A stretch of DNA of 64,000 bases from the NCBI GenBank assembly GCA_963832165.1, contig CAWHTE010000001.1:576001-640000 (forward strand), given 5' to 3'. This DNA is from an uncultured delta proteobacterium (lineage in GTDB: Bacteria > Myxococcota_A > UBA9160 > SMWR01). The translations under genes were made by a program, and so were the position numbers. Below are positions 12,709 to 22,627 of this stretch, one piece after another; position 1 is the stretch's first letter, and each line of letters starts with the position of its first letter. Below the pieces are notes generated by a model that was not told the DNA's origin, ran no database searches, and saw only the letters and a program-made list of their open reading frames with translations.

Positions 12709-14076
12709 ATGGCGGCGCGCAAGAAGGCGAGGTCGAAGAAGACGCGGCGGGGCACCGCGCGCGCGATACCCCGGCGCCGCCGCGCCGACTCGGCGGAAGA
12801 TGCGAGCGCCGAGATCGCGGCACTGCGCCGTGCGGTCGGCGACCTCGAAGAGGCCAATCGCGATCTCGAGGCGCGGATCGAGGAGCGCACACGGCTCGAC
12901 CGCCTGGTCCGCGACGCTTCGGGGCTCGCGAATCGCACCGAAGGCGTCGCCGACATGCTGCGCGGAACGCTGCGCGCGTTGTGCGAGCGCGGCGGCTGGT
13001 CGCTCGCGCACGTCTTCTACTACGAACCGAACGCCGCGGGCCTCCTGCCGAGCCAGGTGTGGGCGCCGGAAGCAGACGCGACGTTCGAGGCGTTTTGCGC
13101 CGCGACTGCGGCCCTGCGCACGGCGTCGGAAGAGAGCGTGGTCGCGCGCGTATTCGCGAGCGGGCAGGGGCGCGAGGTGTGCGATCTTGGCCGCGGGCTG
13201 GATCCCTCGCGCCCGGGGCTATCCGACACCGGATTGCGTCGCATGCTCGTGCTTCCGATCCAGGCCGGCGGCTCCGCGTTCGGTGTGCTCGAGCTCTTCA
13301 GCGTGCACGACGAGCCGTCGCCCGAGCCGATGATCACCGCGATGGCCCTCGTCGCGACCGAGATCGGGCACGTGATGCTGCGCGAGCAGACCGAGGCGCT
13401 GGCGGCGCAGATGGAGTCGCAGGAGCAGCTGCGCGTCGCGCGCGACCTGCACGACGGGCTCGGTCAGCGCGTGAGCGCCATTGCGATGCTCGCGCACCGG
13501 CTCCGGGGCAGCCTCGAGGAGCGCGGTTCGGAGGAGGCGGAGGCCGCAGCGCGCTTGTCGGCCACGATCGAGGAGGCCAAGATCGAGCTGCGCGCGCTCG
13601 TGCGCGGACTCATGCCGGTCTATCCGGACAGCGAGGGGCTCGTCGACGCGCTGTACCGGCTCGTCGAGGAGAGCGGCCGCGCTTCTGGCGTCCCCTGCTC
13701 GATCGAGTCGAACCTCACGGTGCAGATCGAGGACGCGTTCGTCACGCGTCATCTCTACTTCATCGCGCAGGAGGCGCTGCGCAACGCGCTGCGCCACGCA
13801 AAGCCGAGCCGCGTCGTGGTCCGCCTCGCCGAATCCGATGGGCGCATCGAGCTCTCGGTCCGCGACGATGGCATCGGCATCTCGCCCGCGGACGGCCCCG
13901 AAGAGGGGTGCGGGCTGCGCATCATGCGCCACCGCGCGGCACTGCTCGCCGCGCGGCTCGTGGTGGACTCGATTCCGGGCAACGGCACGACGGTGAAGTG
14001 TCTTCTGCGCATTGGGAGCGGATTCACCCGCGCGGTCCAGAGCGCACCCAAGACGCCTCGCGGCGAGGCGAGCTAG
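12709..14076 (+). CDS. GAF-domain sensor histidine kinase (HisKA_3)
   Basis: RVARDLHDGLGQ, QEALRNALRHA, DDGIG, GLRIM. Confidence 0.9.
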   Translation: MAARKKARSKKTRRGTARAIPRRRRADSAEDASAEIAALRRAVGDLEEANRDLEARIEERTRLDRLVRDASGLANRTEGVADMLRGTLRALCERGGWSLAHVFYYEPNAAGLLPSQVWAPEADATFEAFCAATAALRTASEESVVARVFASGQGREVCDLGRGLDPSRPGLSDTGLRRMLVLPIQAGGSAFGVLELFSVHDEPSPEPMITAMALVATEIGHVMLREQTEALAAQMESQEQLRVARDLHDGLGQRVSAIAMLAHRLRGSLEERGSEEAEAAARLSATIEEAKIELRALVRGLMPVYPDSEGLVDALYRLVEESGRASGVPCSIESNLTVQIEDAFVTRHLYFIAQEALRNALRHAKPSRVVVRLAESDGRIELSVRDDGIGISPADGPEEGCGLRIMRHRAALLAARLVVDSIPGNGTTVKCLLRIGSGFTRAVQSAPKTPRGEAS

Positions 14077-14083
14077 CCCGCCG

Positions 14084-15259
14084 GTGCCGCTCTGGAACAA
14101 CTGGTCGGGACGGGTCCGCGCGCAGCCGACCGAGATCGCGCGCGTGCGCGACGAAGCGGACGTGATCGCCGCGGTGCGCCGCGCGGCGCGAGCCGGAGTG
14201 CCGCTGCGCTGTCTCGGCGCGGGTCACAGCCATGCGCCGCTCGTGGCCACGGCGGGCGTGCTCGTCGATACGCAGGATCTCGAGGGCGTGGTACACGTCG
14301 ACACCGCGCGCGGCGAGGCGACGCTGCGCGGCGGCACGCGCATCAGCGCGCTCGGCGCGCCGCTGCGCGCAGCGGGCGTGGCACTGCACAACCAGGGCGA
14401 CATCGATCGCCAGTCGATCGCGGGCGCCGCGGCGACCGGTACGCACGGCACCGGCCGCGACCTCGCGAATCTCTCCGCCTCCGTGGTCTCTGCGCGCATC
14501 GCACTCGCGGACGGCGAGGTCGCGACCTGCGACGCAAAGACCGAGCCCGACCTGTTCCAGCTGGCGCGCCTCTCGCTCGGCGCGGTCGGTGTCGTCACGG
14601 AGCTCACCGTCTCGGTGCGCGCCGCGTACCGGCTCGCCGAGCGGATGTGGCTCGAGCCGCTCGACGAGGTGCTCGCGCGGATCGACGCGCTCGCGCGCGA
14701 AACGCGCCACTTCGAGTTCTTCTGGATGCCCCGCAGCGAGCGCGCCGCGTGCAAGGCGCTCGCGGAGACCGATGCCGAGCCCGTATATCCGCTCGCGGGG
14801 GAGGGGGCGCGCTGCGCGTGGAGCTACGAGGTGCTCGCGAACGAGCGCAACGACAAGCACACCGAGATGGAGTACTCGGTGCCGATCGCGGAGGGCCCCG
14901 CGTGTTTCGCGGAGCTGCGCGCGCTCGTCCACCGCGATTTTCCCGATCTGCACTGGCCGCTCGAGTACCGCACGCTCGCGTCCGACGACGTCTGGCTGTC
15001 GACGGCGAGCGGGCGCGCGACCGCCACGATCTCGGTCCACCAGGGCGTCGACCTGCCCGACGAGCCGCTGTTCCGCGCCTGCGAGGAGATCTTCGCTGCG
15101 CACGGTGGGCGGCCGCACTGGGGCAAGGTCCACTACCGCAGCGGCGCCGAGCTGGAGGCGCTCTACCCGCGCTGGGCGGACTGGTGGCGCGCGAGAGATC
15201 GCTACGACCCCGACGGACGCTTCCTCAATCCACATCTCGCCGCGCTGCGGCCGTCGTGA
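14084..15259 (+). CDS. FAD-linked oxidase, aldonolactone oxidase family
   Basis: WNNWSG, GAGHSH, TGTHGTG, EMEY, GGRPHWGK. Confidence 0.9.
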   Translation: MPLWNNWSGRVRAQPTEIARVRDEADVIAAVRRAARAGVPLRCLGAGHSHAPLVATAGVLVDTQDLEGVVHVDTARGEATLRGGTRISALGAPLRAAGVALHNQGDIDRQSIAGAAATGTHGTGRDLANLSASVVSARIALADGEVATCDAKTEPDLFQLARLSLGAVGVVTELTVSVRAAYRLAERMWLEPLDEVLARIDALARETRHFEFFWMPRSERAACKALAETDAEPVYPLAGEGARCAWSYEVLANERNDKHTEMEYSVPIAEGPACFAELRALVHRDFPDLHWPLEYRTLASDDVWLSTASGRATATISVHQGVDLPDEPLFRACEEIFAAHGGRPHWGKVHYRSGAELEALYPRWADWWRARDRYDPDGRFLNPHLAALRPS

Positions 15260-15322
15260 CCCTTGCGTGTATCCTTCCGCTCCGACCGCAAGCTTCGCGC
15301 AGCGTATCAGGGAGGACCCCCC

Positions 15323-16186
15323 ATGAAGTTCGGCGTCGCGTTCGCAAACATCGGTCCGTTCGTGCAGCCCGACGAGGCAGCGTTCCTCGCGCGCACCTGT
15401 GAAGAGGTGGGCATCGAGTCGCTCTGGACCGTCGAGCACGTTGCGGTGCCCACCGGCTATCAAGCGCAGTATCCCTACAGCGCCGACGGGCGCATGCCCG
15501 GTCCCGAGAACTCACCGATCCCCGATCCGCTGCTCTGGCTCGCCTATGTCGCGGCCGCCACGTCGAAGATCCGACTCGCCACGGGCATCCTGATCCTGCC
15601 GCAGCGACATCCGCTCTACGTCGCCAAGGAGGTCGCGACGCTCGACGTGCTCTCGAAGGGCCGCGCGTTGCTCGGCATCGGCATCGGCTGGATGGAGGAC
15701 GAGTTCCGCGCGCTGGGCATTCCGTTCGACGAGCGCGTCGCGCGCACCGAGGAGGCGTGCGCGGCGCTGCGCACGCTCTGGAAGCCCGGCGCCAACGCGT
15801 TCAAGGGCGACTACTACGCCTGGGAGGCGCTCGAGTCGAACCCGAAGCCCGTGCAGCCCGGCGGCGTGCCGATCATCGTGGGCGGGCATGTGCTCGGCGC
15901 GGCGCGACGCGCCGCGCGCGTGGGCGACGGCTTCTTCCCGATGAAGACGCAGGGCGCGCGCCTGCCCGAGCTGCTCGCGGCGCTCTCCGACGAGTGCGCG
16001 CGCGTGGGGCGTGATCCGAAGCAGATCGAGATCACCACCTCGTCGCCGGGCCCCGATCTCGACGCGATCCGCCGCCTCGCAGATCAGGGCGTGTCGCGTC
16101 TGGTGATGGGTCCGCCCGGATTCACGCGCGACGCGGTGCGCTCGGGCCTCGAGAAATTCGCCGACGCCGTGCTCGCCAAGCTCTAG
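15323..16186 (+). CDS. LLM-class, probably F420-dependent oxidoreductase
   Basis: SLWTVEHV, IRLATGILILPQRHP, PKPVQ. Confidence 0.9.
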   Translation: MKFGVAFANIGPFVQPDEAAFLARTCEEVGIESLWTVEHVAVPTGYQAQYPYSADGRMPGPENSPIPDPLLWLAYVAAATSKIRLATGILILPQRHPLYVAKEVATLDVLSKGRALLGIGIGWMEDEFRALGIPFDERVARTEEACAALRTLWKPGANAFKGDYYAWEALESNPKPVQPGGVPIIVGGHVLGAARRAARVGDGFFPMKTQGARLPELLAALSDECARVGRDPKQIEITTSSPGPDLDAIRRLADQGVSRLVMGPPGFTRDAVRSGLEKFADAVLAKL

Positions 16187-16198
16187 ACTCTGCGCCCG

Positions 16199-17650
16199 AT
16201 GAGCGATTCCCCCTACGCCGTGGTCGACGAGTCTGGCGCATCGCGCTGGGACGACTCCGCCGACATCGTGATCGCCGGGCTCGGCGTCGCGGGCGCGTGC
16301 GCCGCGATCGAGGCGCGCGAGGCAGGCGCGGACGTGCTCGTGCTCGAACGCGCGAGCGGCGGCGGCGGTACGACCGCCAATGCGGCGGGGCACGTCTATC
16401 TCGGCGGCGGGACGCGCGTGCAGAAGGCGGTCGGCGTCGAGGACGACGCCGAGGACATGTACACCTATCTCACGATGAACACGCCCGTGCCCGAGGCGGA
16501 CAAGATCCGCCTCTACTGCGACGAGAGCGTGGCGCACTTCGACTGGCTGGTCGCGCAGGGCGTGCCGTTCAACGACACGATGTTCCACGGCAAGCACTTC
16601 ATGCAGATGACCGACGAGTGCCTGATCTGGTCGGGGAACGAGGAGGCGTGGCCGTTCCGCGACAAGGCGAAGCCCGCGCCGCGCGGGCACAAGGTGGCCA
16701 AGGAAGCCGAGGGCGGCGGTGCGCTCATGGTGGAGCGGCTCGTCGAGCGCATGCGCGCACTCGGCGTGCGCATCGAGGTGAACACGGCCGTGCAGCAGCT
16801 CGTGCGCGACGGCGGGCGCATCGCCGGTGTGCGCGCGAAGACCTTCGACGCGCAGAAGACGATCCAGGCGCGCCGCGGCGTGATCCTCGCGACGGGCCAC
16901 TTCACGGGCAACGCGGCGATGCTCGCGAAGTACACGCCGCGGCTGCTCGAGGAGGGGATCACGCGCCAGTACACGCCCTACGACGACGGCGCAGGTCATC
17001 AGCTCGGAGCCGCCGCGGGCGGTGTGCTGCTCCACATGGATGGTGCGCTGATCACGTCGCCGTTCTACCCGCCCGAGCAGCTGATCAAGGGGATCCTCGT
17101 GAACCGGCTCGGCCAGCGCTTCGTGGCCGAAGACTGCTACCACTCGCGCTCGAGCATCTACGCAACTCAACAGCCCGGCGGCGAGGCCTACCTGATCGTC
17201 GACGAGAAGATCTTCGCGCGGCCGCTGTTCGGACACGAAGTGGTCGACGCGTGGGAGACGATCGCCGAGATGGAGCGCGGCCTCTCCATGCCTGAGGGCT
17301 CGCTGCAGAAGACGCTGCGCGACTACAACGAGCACGCTGCGCGCGGCGAGGACCCGGAGTTCCACAAGAAGTCGAAGTGGGTGACGCCGATCGAGCAGCC
17401 GCCGTTCGCGGCGATCCAGTTCTCGCGCGGGAAGTGCGCGTACATGGGATTCACGCTCGGCGGCCTGCGCGTGTCGATCGACGGCGAGGTGCTGCGCGCG
17501 GACGGAGACGCGATTCCGGGGCTCTACGCCGCGGGCGCGTGTGCGGCGAACATCGCGCAGGACGGCGCGGGCTATTCGAGCGGCACCTGCATCGGCGAGT
17601 CGAGCTTCTTCGGCAGACGCGCCGGGCGGCATGCTGCCGAGGAGGAGATG
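16199..17650 (+). CDS. FAD-binding dehydrogenase, 3-ketosteroid dehydrogenase-like; reads in frame into the next gene
   Basis: AGLGVAG, GGGTRVQKA, FTLGGL, GLYAAG, GYSSGTCIGESSFFGRRAGRHAA (the usual end of this family). Confidence 0.85.
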
Positions 17651-17653
17651 ACG

Positions 17654-18010
17654 ATGGGGTATGAAACGAGCGGTCGTCTGCACGTCGTCGCTGACACCAA
17701 GCAGGTGACCGAGCGGTTTCGGAAGCGCGAGTTCGTCGTCGAGATCGCCGACAAGCGTTTCCCACAGTTCGTGCAGTTCGAGCTCACGGGCGATCGCTGC
17801 GAGCAGCTCGACGACTACAAAGTAGGCGACGAGGTGCGCGTGGAATTCAGCCTGCGCGGCCGCGAGTGGAAGAGCCCGAAGGGCGAGACGAAGTACTTCA
17901 ATAGTCTCGACGTCTGGACGCTCGCGCGCGTCGCCGGTGGCGCGCGCGAGAGCGACCCGTTCCCGCAAGACGATCCCCCGCCGCCTTCGGACGACGACGT
18001 TCCGTTCTAG
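17654..18010 (+). CDS. DUF3127-family protein (OB-fold, SSB-like tail DDDVPF)
   Basis: FRKREFVVE, QFELTGDRC, FSLRGREW, YFNSL. It has its own RBS GGAGGAG at 17641-17647. Confidence 0.85.
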   Translation: MGYETSGRLHVVADTKQVTERFRKREFVVEIADKRFPQFVQFELTGDRCEQLDDYKVGDEVRVEFSLRGREWKSPKGETKYFNSLDVWTLARVAGGARESDPFPQDDPPPPSDDDVPF

Positions 18011-18230
18011 GCTCTCTCGATCCGCGAAGCTGTTTAGCCTGGAGCGGGATTCATTTGTGCGCGTCCAGTCTCGATAACCGATCCGCGAGTTCACTGACGA
18101 TCGGATCCTTCGCAGTGCTCGAGGAACCCTTCCGATTCTCGACGAGCTTGATCACGAGTTCCTCAAGGGAAACGAGAACGATCGAGAGATAAGTGTTTGA
18201 AGGCAGCCCTAGTCCCTCGGGATCGTTGGA

Positions 18231-18392
18231 CTAGACCTCAAACGCTACGCCGGTCAGTTCCTCCGATCGCTTCCACAGCCGCTTCACGACTGCGCGGTCG
18301 TTCGTGAGTGGAGTCGATTGCTGCGACGCCGGAAAGTCGCGCACGTCGAACCAGCGCTTCCCATTAACGAAGCCGCCGAGAGTGACGTCGGC
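18231..18392 (-). pseudogene. C-terminal remnant of a retinol-dehydrogenase-like SDR
   Basis: The minus strand reads RWFDVRDFP...NDRAVVKRLWKRSEELTGVAFEV*. No start codon or N-terminus; lower GC. Confidence 0.6.
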
Positions 18393-18395
18393 GCG

Positions 18396-19424
18396 CTAGG
18401 CGAAGTAGCTTTGCGACGTCGCGGCGGCCGTGAAGTTCTCGCGCAGGTGCGCGAGCGACTGGCTGTCGGCGTTCACGGCGTCGAGGCCGTGAGCCAGCAC
18501 GTAGGCGTAGCTGCGTTGGAACGGAGAGAGCGACGCGCTGCGGAACGCCGCGTCGTAGTGGGCGTCGAACGCGGCGAGGCGATCCGGGCCGAGCCCGTAC
18601 CAGCGCCCGGCGAGATGGCGGCCGGCCTTCATGCCGACGAGCCCGATCCCCGCGGCGCGCGCGCGGTCGAAGCTCGCCCGCAGTGCCGTCATCGGTGGCG
18701 AGCCGCTCATCACGTCCTTCGTTTTCCAGTCGTACCAGCCCGCAGGCGTCACGGCGATCTGCGCGAGCGAGTACCAGCCGGTCTCGGACGCAGCGTCGAG
18801 CACCGCCTGTGCGTTCTCGTGCGTGGACACGCCCCAGTGCGCGACCTTTCCCGCCTTGCGCGCCGCGAGGAACGCTGCGTGCATCTCTTCGCTGCGTACG
18901 AGCGATACGTTGTTCGAGGCCATCACGTAGTAGGCGTCGACCCGCTCCGCGCCGAGATCCGCGAGGCTCTGGTCGAGCGCGCTCGACCAGTTCGCGGCAG
19001 CGCTGCGGTGCTGCGCCGCGCTGAGCTCGCTTCCCGGCAGGGTCTCGAGCCCGACCAGCCCCTTCGAGATCAGGAAGATCCGATCGCGATGCTTGCGCGC
19101 GAAGCCGGCGAGGTTCTCCTCGGCGCTCCGGTAGTAGTCGCGCGTACCGACGTCGAACACGTTCACGCCGCGCGCGAGCGCCGTCTCGAGCAGCTCGTCG
19201 CGGCGGCGGAACATCAGCGCCGCGCCGCACCCGAACACGAGCCGGCTGCCCGAGAAGCCCGTGCGGCCGAGCGTGCGGTAGGTCATCGCGGGCCAGCCGC
19301 CGGTCTCGGGCGGCGCGGTCTCCGCGGCGACCGCGCGCGCCGCGCGGCCGAGAGCAGTGCCGCCGAGCCCGAGCAGCGCGAGCCCCTTGAGCACGCGCCG
19401 CCGCGTCGCCTCGAGTACCGCCAT
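18396..19424 (-). CDS. Aldo/keto reductase with a Tat-type signal peptide
   Basis: TRRRVLKGLALLG signal; MTYRTLGRTG, FLISKG, GLVGMK. Confidence 0.85.
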   Translation of the reverse strand: MAVLEATRRRVLKGLALLGLGGTALGRAARAVAAETAPPETGGWPAMTYRTLGRTGFSGSRLVFGCGAALMFRRRDELLETALARGVNVFDVGTRDYYRSAEENLAGFARKHRDRIFLISKGLVGLETLPGSELSAAQHRSAAANWSSALDQSLADLGAERVDAYYVMASNNVSLVRSEEMHAAFLAARKAGKVAHWGVSTHENAQAVLDAASETGWYSLAQIAVTPAGWYDWKTKDVMSGSPPMTALRASFDRARAAGIGLVGMKAGRHLAGRWYGLGPDRLAAFDAHYDAAFRSASLSPFQRSYAYVLAHGLDAVNADSQSLAHLRENFTAAATSQSYFA

Positions 19425-19440
19425 GGCGGCATCATAGGGC

Positions 19441-20337
19441 TCATTGCCCCGCAATTCCGATCTCGTCCGATCCACCCACCTCGAACAGCGGCGCCATCGC
19501 CTCGCGCGCGACGTCGGCGCGCATCTCCGCCTCGCCGGGCGCTTTGATCGGGCCGGCCGCTGCGCCGAGGATCTCGGGAAGCAGCGTCGCGTCGCTCGTC
19601 GTGTTGAGGAAGAGTCCGGGGCGCGCGAGGACCCAGTGCACCGCGCGCCGGATCGCGGCGGGATCGCGCAGCGGCTCGTACCACGAGAAGCGTTTTCCGG
19701 GCGCACCCTCGGACCATCGCCGACGCGCGACCGCCTTGATCGTCTGCACCGCGACACCCCGCGCGCGACAGTCCGCGAGCAATGCATCGACGTCGGCGGC
19801 GTACGCGGGCTGCGCGAGCATCGGGAAGTTGTAGGGCAGCAGCACGCTGTCGAATGCGTAGCGCGCGAGGCTCTCGCGGTGCCGGCGCGCGACCGTCGTT
19901 CCGTGGCCTGTCACGCCGATGAACCGCACGTGGCCCGCGTCGCGCGCCTCGCAGAGTGCCGCGAGCGCGCCATCGGCAGCGAATGCGGCTTCCCATTCCC
20001 GCTCCGCGACCAGGTTGTGCAGCTGGATCAGGTCGATGCGATCGACGTTCAATCGCCGTCGCGACGCCTCGATGCTCGCCTTCGCGCCCGCGTAGCCGCG
20101 CTCGGCGGTCTTGCTGGCGAGGAAGAACCCGTCGCGGTGTGTTGCCATCCACGGACCGATCCGGAGCTCGGAGTCGCCGTACGAGGCGGCCGTGTCGATG
20201 TGATTGATGCCGAACTGGAGCAGCAGCTCGAGGATCCGGTCGGCGCGATCCTGGCGCATTCCGCCCAGGGCGGCGGCGCCGAAGATGACGCGTGTGCTGT
20301 CGTGGCCAGTGCGGCCGAAGGGGATCCGGTCGATCAT
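19441..20337 (-). CDS. Aldo/keto reductase
   Basis: FGRTGH, IDTAASYGDSE, LASKT, DLIQLHNL. Confidence 0.92.
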   Translation of the reverse strand: MIDRIPFGRTGHDSTRVIFGAAALGGMRQDRADRILELLLQFGINHIDTAASYGDSELRIGPWMATHRDGFFLASKTAERGYAGAKASIEASRRRLNVDRIDLIQLHNLVAEREWEAAFAADGALAALCEARDAGHVRFIGVTGHGTTVARRHRESLARYAFDSVLLPYNFPMLAQPAYAADVDALLADCRARGVAVQTIKAVARRRWSEGAPGKRFSWYEPLRDPAAIRRAVHWVLARPGLFLNTTSDATLLPEILGAAAGPIKAPGEAEMRADVAREAMAPLFEVGGSDEIGIAGQ

Positions 20338-20376
20338 GCGCGCTCCCTACGTAGCAGTGTCATAATCGCATCCGCC

Positions 20377-21624
20377 ATGACCGCGATGCACAATCCGATC
20401 GCCACCGAAGATCAGCGCGTCACCGAGCTGCGCGCGCTCGAGCTCGTCGCGCACCCGACGCTCGTGCAGGCGAAGGCCGAGGTGCGCGAGTGGTGGCTCC
20501 GCACGACCGACCCGAGCCCCGACATGCGCGCGTGCTTCGAGTGGGCGTTCGAGGAGGTGATGTTCGCAGCGGTCGTCTGGTCGCTGAACCAGGACCCGCT
20601 CCATCCGCGCGTCGTCACGATCACGCGCCTGGCCCATCGCCTCGAGGGCCGCGACATCCCGGGCTCGCGCTGGGGGCTCGACAACCCCGACTCCATCTAC
20701 CGCGTCATCCCGATCAGCGGGGCCGAGCGCTACGAGATCCGCGGGCGCGTCGCCGAGCGCCGCCTCGCCGAGAACTACTTCACGCTCTGGGACGCGACCA
20801 TGAATACGATCGACGTGCTCGACGGCAAGCGCCTCGTGCTCGACGCCGACCGCCGCTTCACGATCACCGTCGACAGCGAGCCCGCGAATGGGCGCCCCAA
20901 CCACATCCGCTCCACTTCCGCCGCACACGAGTTCTACATCCGCGACGTGATGCTCGACTGGGAGCACGATCGCGCGAACGAGCTCGAGATCGTGCGGCTC
21001 GGTCCGCCGCCGCCGCGCACACCGTTCGACGAGGCGCAGCAGCTCGAGCGCGCCGCGGCGTACATGTGGAAGTGGGCGAAGAGCTCGGAGCGCTGGAACG
21101 CGCAGTCCGACGACAAGCCCGTCAACAAGCTCGAGTTCGTGATCGATCGCCAGACCGACGGTGCGCTGCGCAACCAGGTCTACATCCTCGGCCGCTTCCA
21201 GCTCTCGGATCGCGAGGCGCTGATCGTGAACATCGGCCTCGGCGACGCCGAGTACTTCGTGTGTCCCGTGACGAATCTCTGGGGCACGACGAACGACATC
21301 ACGAGCCGCACGGGCTCGCTGAACAAGGTCCAATCGCTGGCGAATCGCGACGGCACCTATACCTACGTCGTGTCGGCGGTCGATCCCGGCGTGCACAACT
21401 GGGTCGACACTTCGGGCACGCACGAGGGCATCCTCACGCTGCGCTGGGCCGAGTTCCCGAGCGGACGTCCCGGCTCCGACCTGCGCGCCGAGAGCCGCCT
21501 CGTGCCGCTCGACCAGCTGCGCGCGCATCTGCCGCCTGAGACGCGTTTCGTGACGCCGGCGGAGCGAACCCACCAGGTCGCGCGGCGCGCCGCGAGCTAT
21601 GCCTGGCGGCTGCTCGAGAGCTAG
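20377..21624 (+). CDS. DUF1214-like hypothetical protein
   Basis: WGLDNPDSIYR, DPGVHNWVDT...LTLRW. Confidence 0.7.
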   Translation: MTAMHNPIATEDQRVTELRALELVAHPTLVQAKAEVREWWLRTTDPSPDMRACFEWAFEEVMFAAVVWSLNQDPLHPRVVTITRLAHRLEGRDIPGSRWGLDNPDSIYRVIPISGAERYEIRGRVAERRLAENYFTLWDATMNTIDVLDGKRLVLDADRRFTITVDSEPANGRPNHIRSTSAAHEFYIRDVMLDWEHDRANELEIVRLGPPPPRTPFDEAQQLERAAAYMWKWAKSSERWNAQSDDKPVNKLEFVIDRQTDGALRNQVYILGRFQLSDREALIVNIGLGDAEYFVCPVTNLWGTTNDITSRTGSLNKVQSLANRDGTYTYVVSAVDPGVHNWVDTSGTHEGILTLRWAEFPSGRPGSDLRAESRLVPLDQLRAHLPPETRFVTPAERTHQVARRAASYAWRLLES

Positions 21625-21629
21625 TCGCG

Positions 21630-22478
21630 ATGGCCGACGCGCTGGACAAAGTCTGGTTCATCACCGGTTGCTCCACGGGCATGGGCCGCGACATCGCGCT
21701 CGAAGCCCTCGAGCAGGGCTACCGCGTGGTGCTGACCGCACGCAATCCCGACACGCTCGCGGACATCTGTGCTCGCTTCGCGGAGCGATCCGCAGCGGTG
21801 CGGCTCGACGTGACCGACCCGGGGCAGATCGCGTCGGCGGTGCAGCAGGCAGAGCAGGCATTCGATCGGATCGACGTGCTCGTGAACAACGCGGGCTACG
21901 GATACATGTCGGCGATCGAGGAGGGCGACGAGGTCGAGGTGCGCGCGATGTTCGAGACCAACTTCTGGGGCCTGCTCGCAGTGACGCGCGCCGTGCTTCC
22001 ACGGATGCGCGAGCGCCGGGCGGGACAGATCATCAACAACTCCTCGCAGGCGGGCCTCATGTCGTATCCGGGCACCGCCTACTACAGCACGAGCAAGTTC
22101 GCGGTCGAGGCGCTCTCGGAGGGCCTGTCGCGCGAGGTGGCGCCGTTCGGAATCCACGTCACCGCGGTCGAGGCGGGCGCGTTCCGGACCGACTGGGCCG
22201 GCCGCTCGATGCGATGGAACCCGACCCGCATCGCGGACTACGCCGATGTGGTCGGCGCGCGCGCGCAGCTGATCGCGGACATGGACGGCAAGCAGCCCGG
22301 TGATCCCAAGCGCGCGGCCGCCGCGATCGTGGCGCTGGCCCGGTGCGAGAATCCGCCGCGCCAGCTCCTGCTCGGCCGCGGTGTGCTCGCGTCCTACCGC
22401 CAGAAGCTCGCCGAGGTGAGCGCTTCGCTCGACGAGTGGGAAGAGGTGACGCTCGGCGCCGACTTCCCCGCCGACTGA
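21630..22478 (+). CDS. Short-chain dehydrogenase/reductase
   Basis: ITGCSTGMG, NNAG, YSTSK. Confidence 0.95.
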   Translation: MADALDKVWFITGCSTGMGRDIALEALEQGYRVVLTARNPDTLADICARFAERSAAVRLDVTDPGQIASAVQQAEQAFDRIDVLVNNAGYGYMSAIEEGDEVEVRAMFETNFWGLLAVTRAVLPRMRERRAGQIINNSSQAGLMSYPGTAYYSTSKFAVEALSEGLSREVAPFGIHVTAVEAGAFRTDWAGRSMRWNPTRIADYADVVGARAQLIADMDGKQPGDPKRAAAAIVALARCENPPRQLLLGRGVLASYRQKLAEVSASLDEWEEVTLGADFPAD

Positions 22479-22627
22479 TCGCGGCTCCGACGCGAGATCG
22501 TTAGTCGATCGAATCGACTCGAATTCCCGCATTCGTCCCGCGGTTGTGTCGGTTCGCGCCCGCATGGTACGGTGCCCGGCTTCCCACGTGGACGCTCTGC
22601 GGCGTGGCGCGTGTCGAGGTATGGCGG

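Noticed and set aside
15512..18094. 860-aa minus-strand ORF, and many similar long Arg/Ala-rich ORFs (e.g. 1627-4191, 59510-61705)
   Set aside because: Shadow ORFs of GC-rich real genes, with no motifs.
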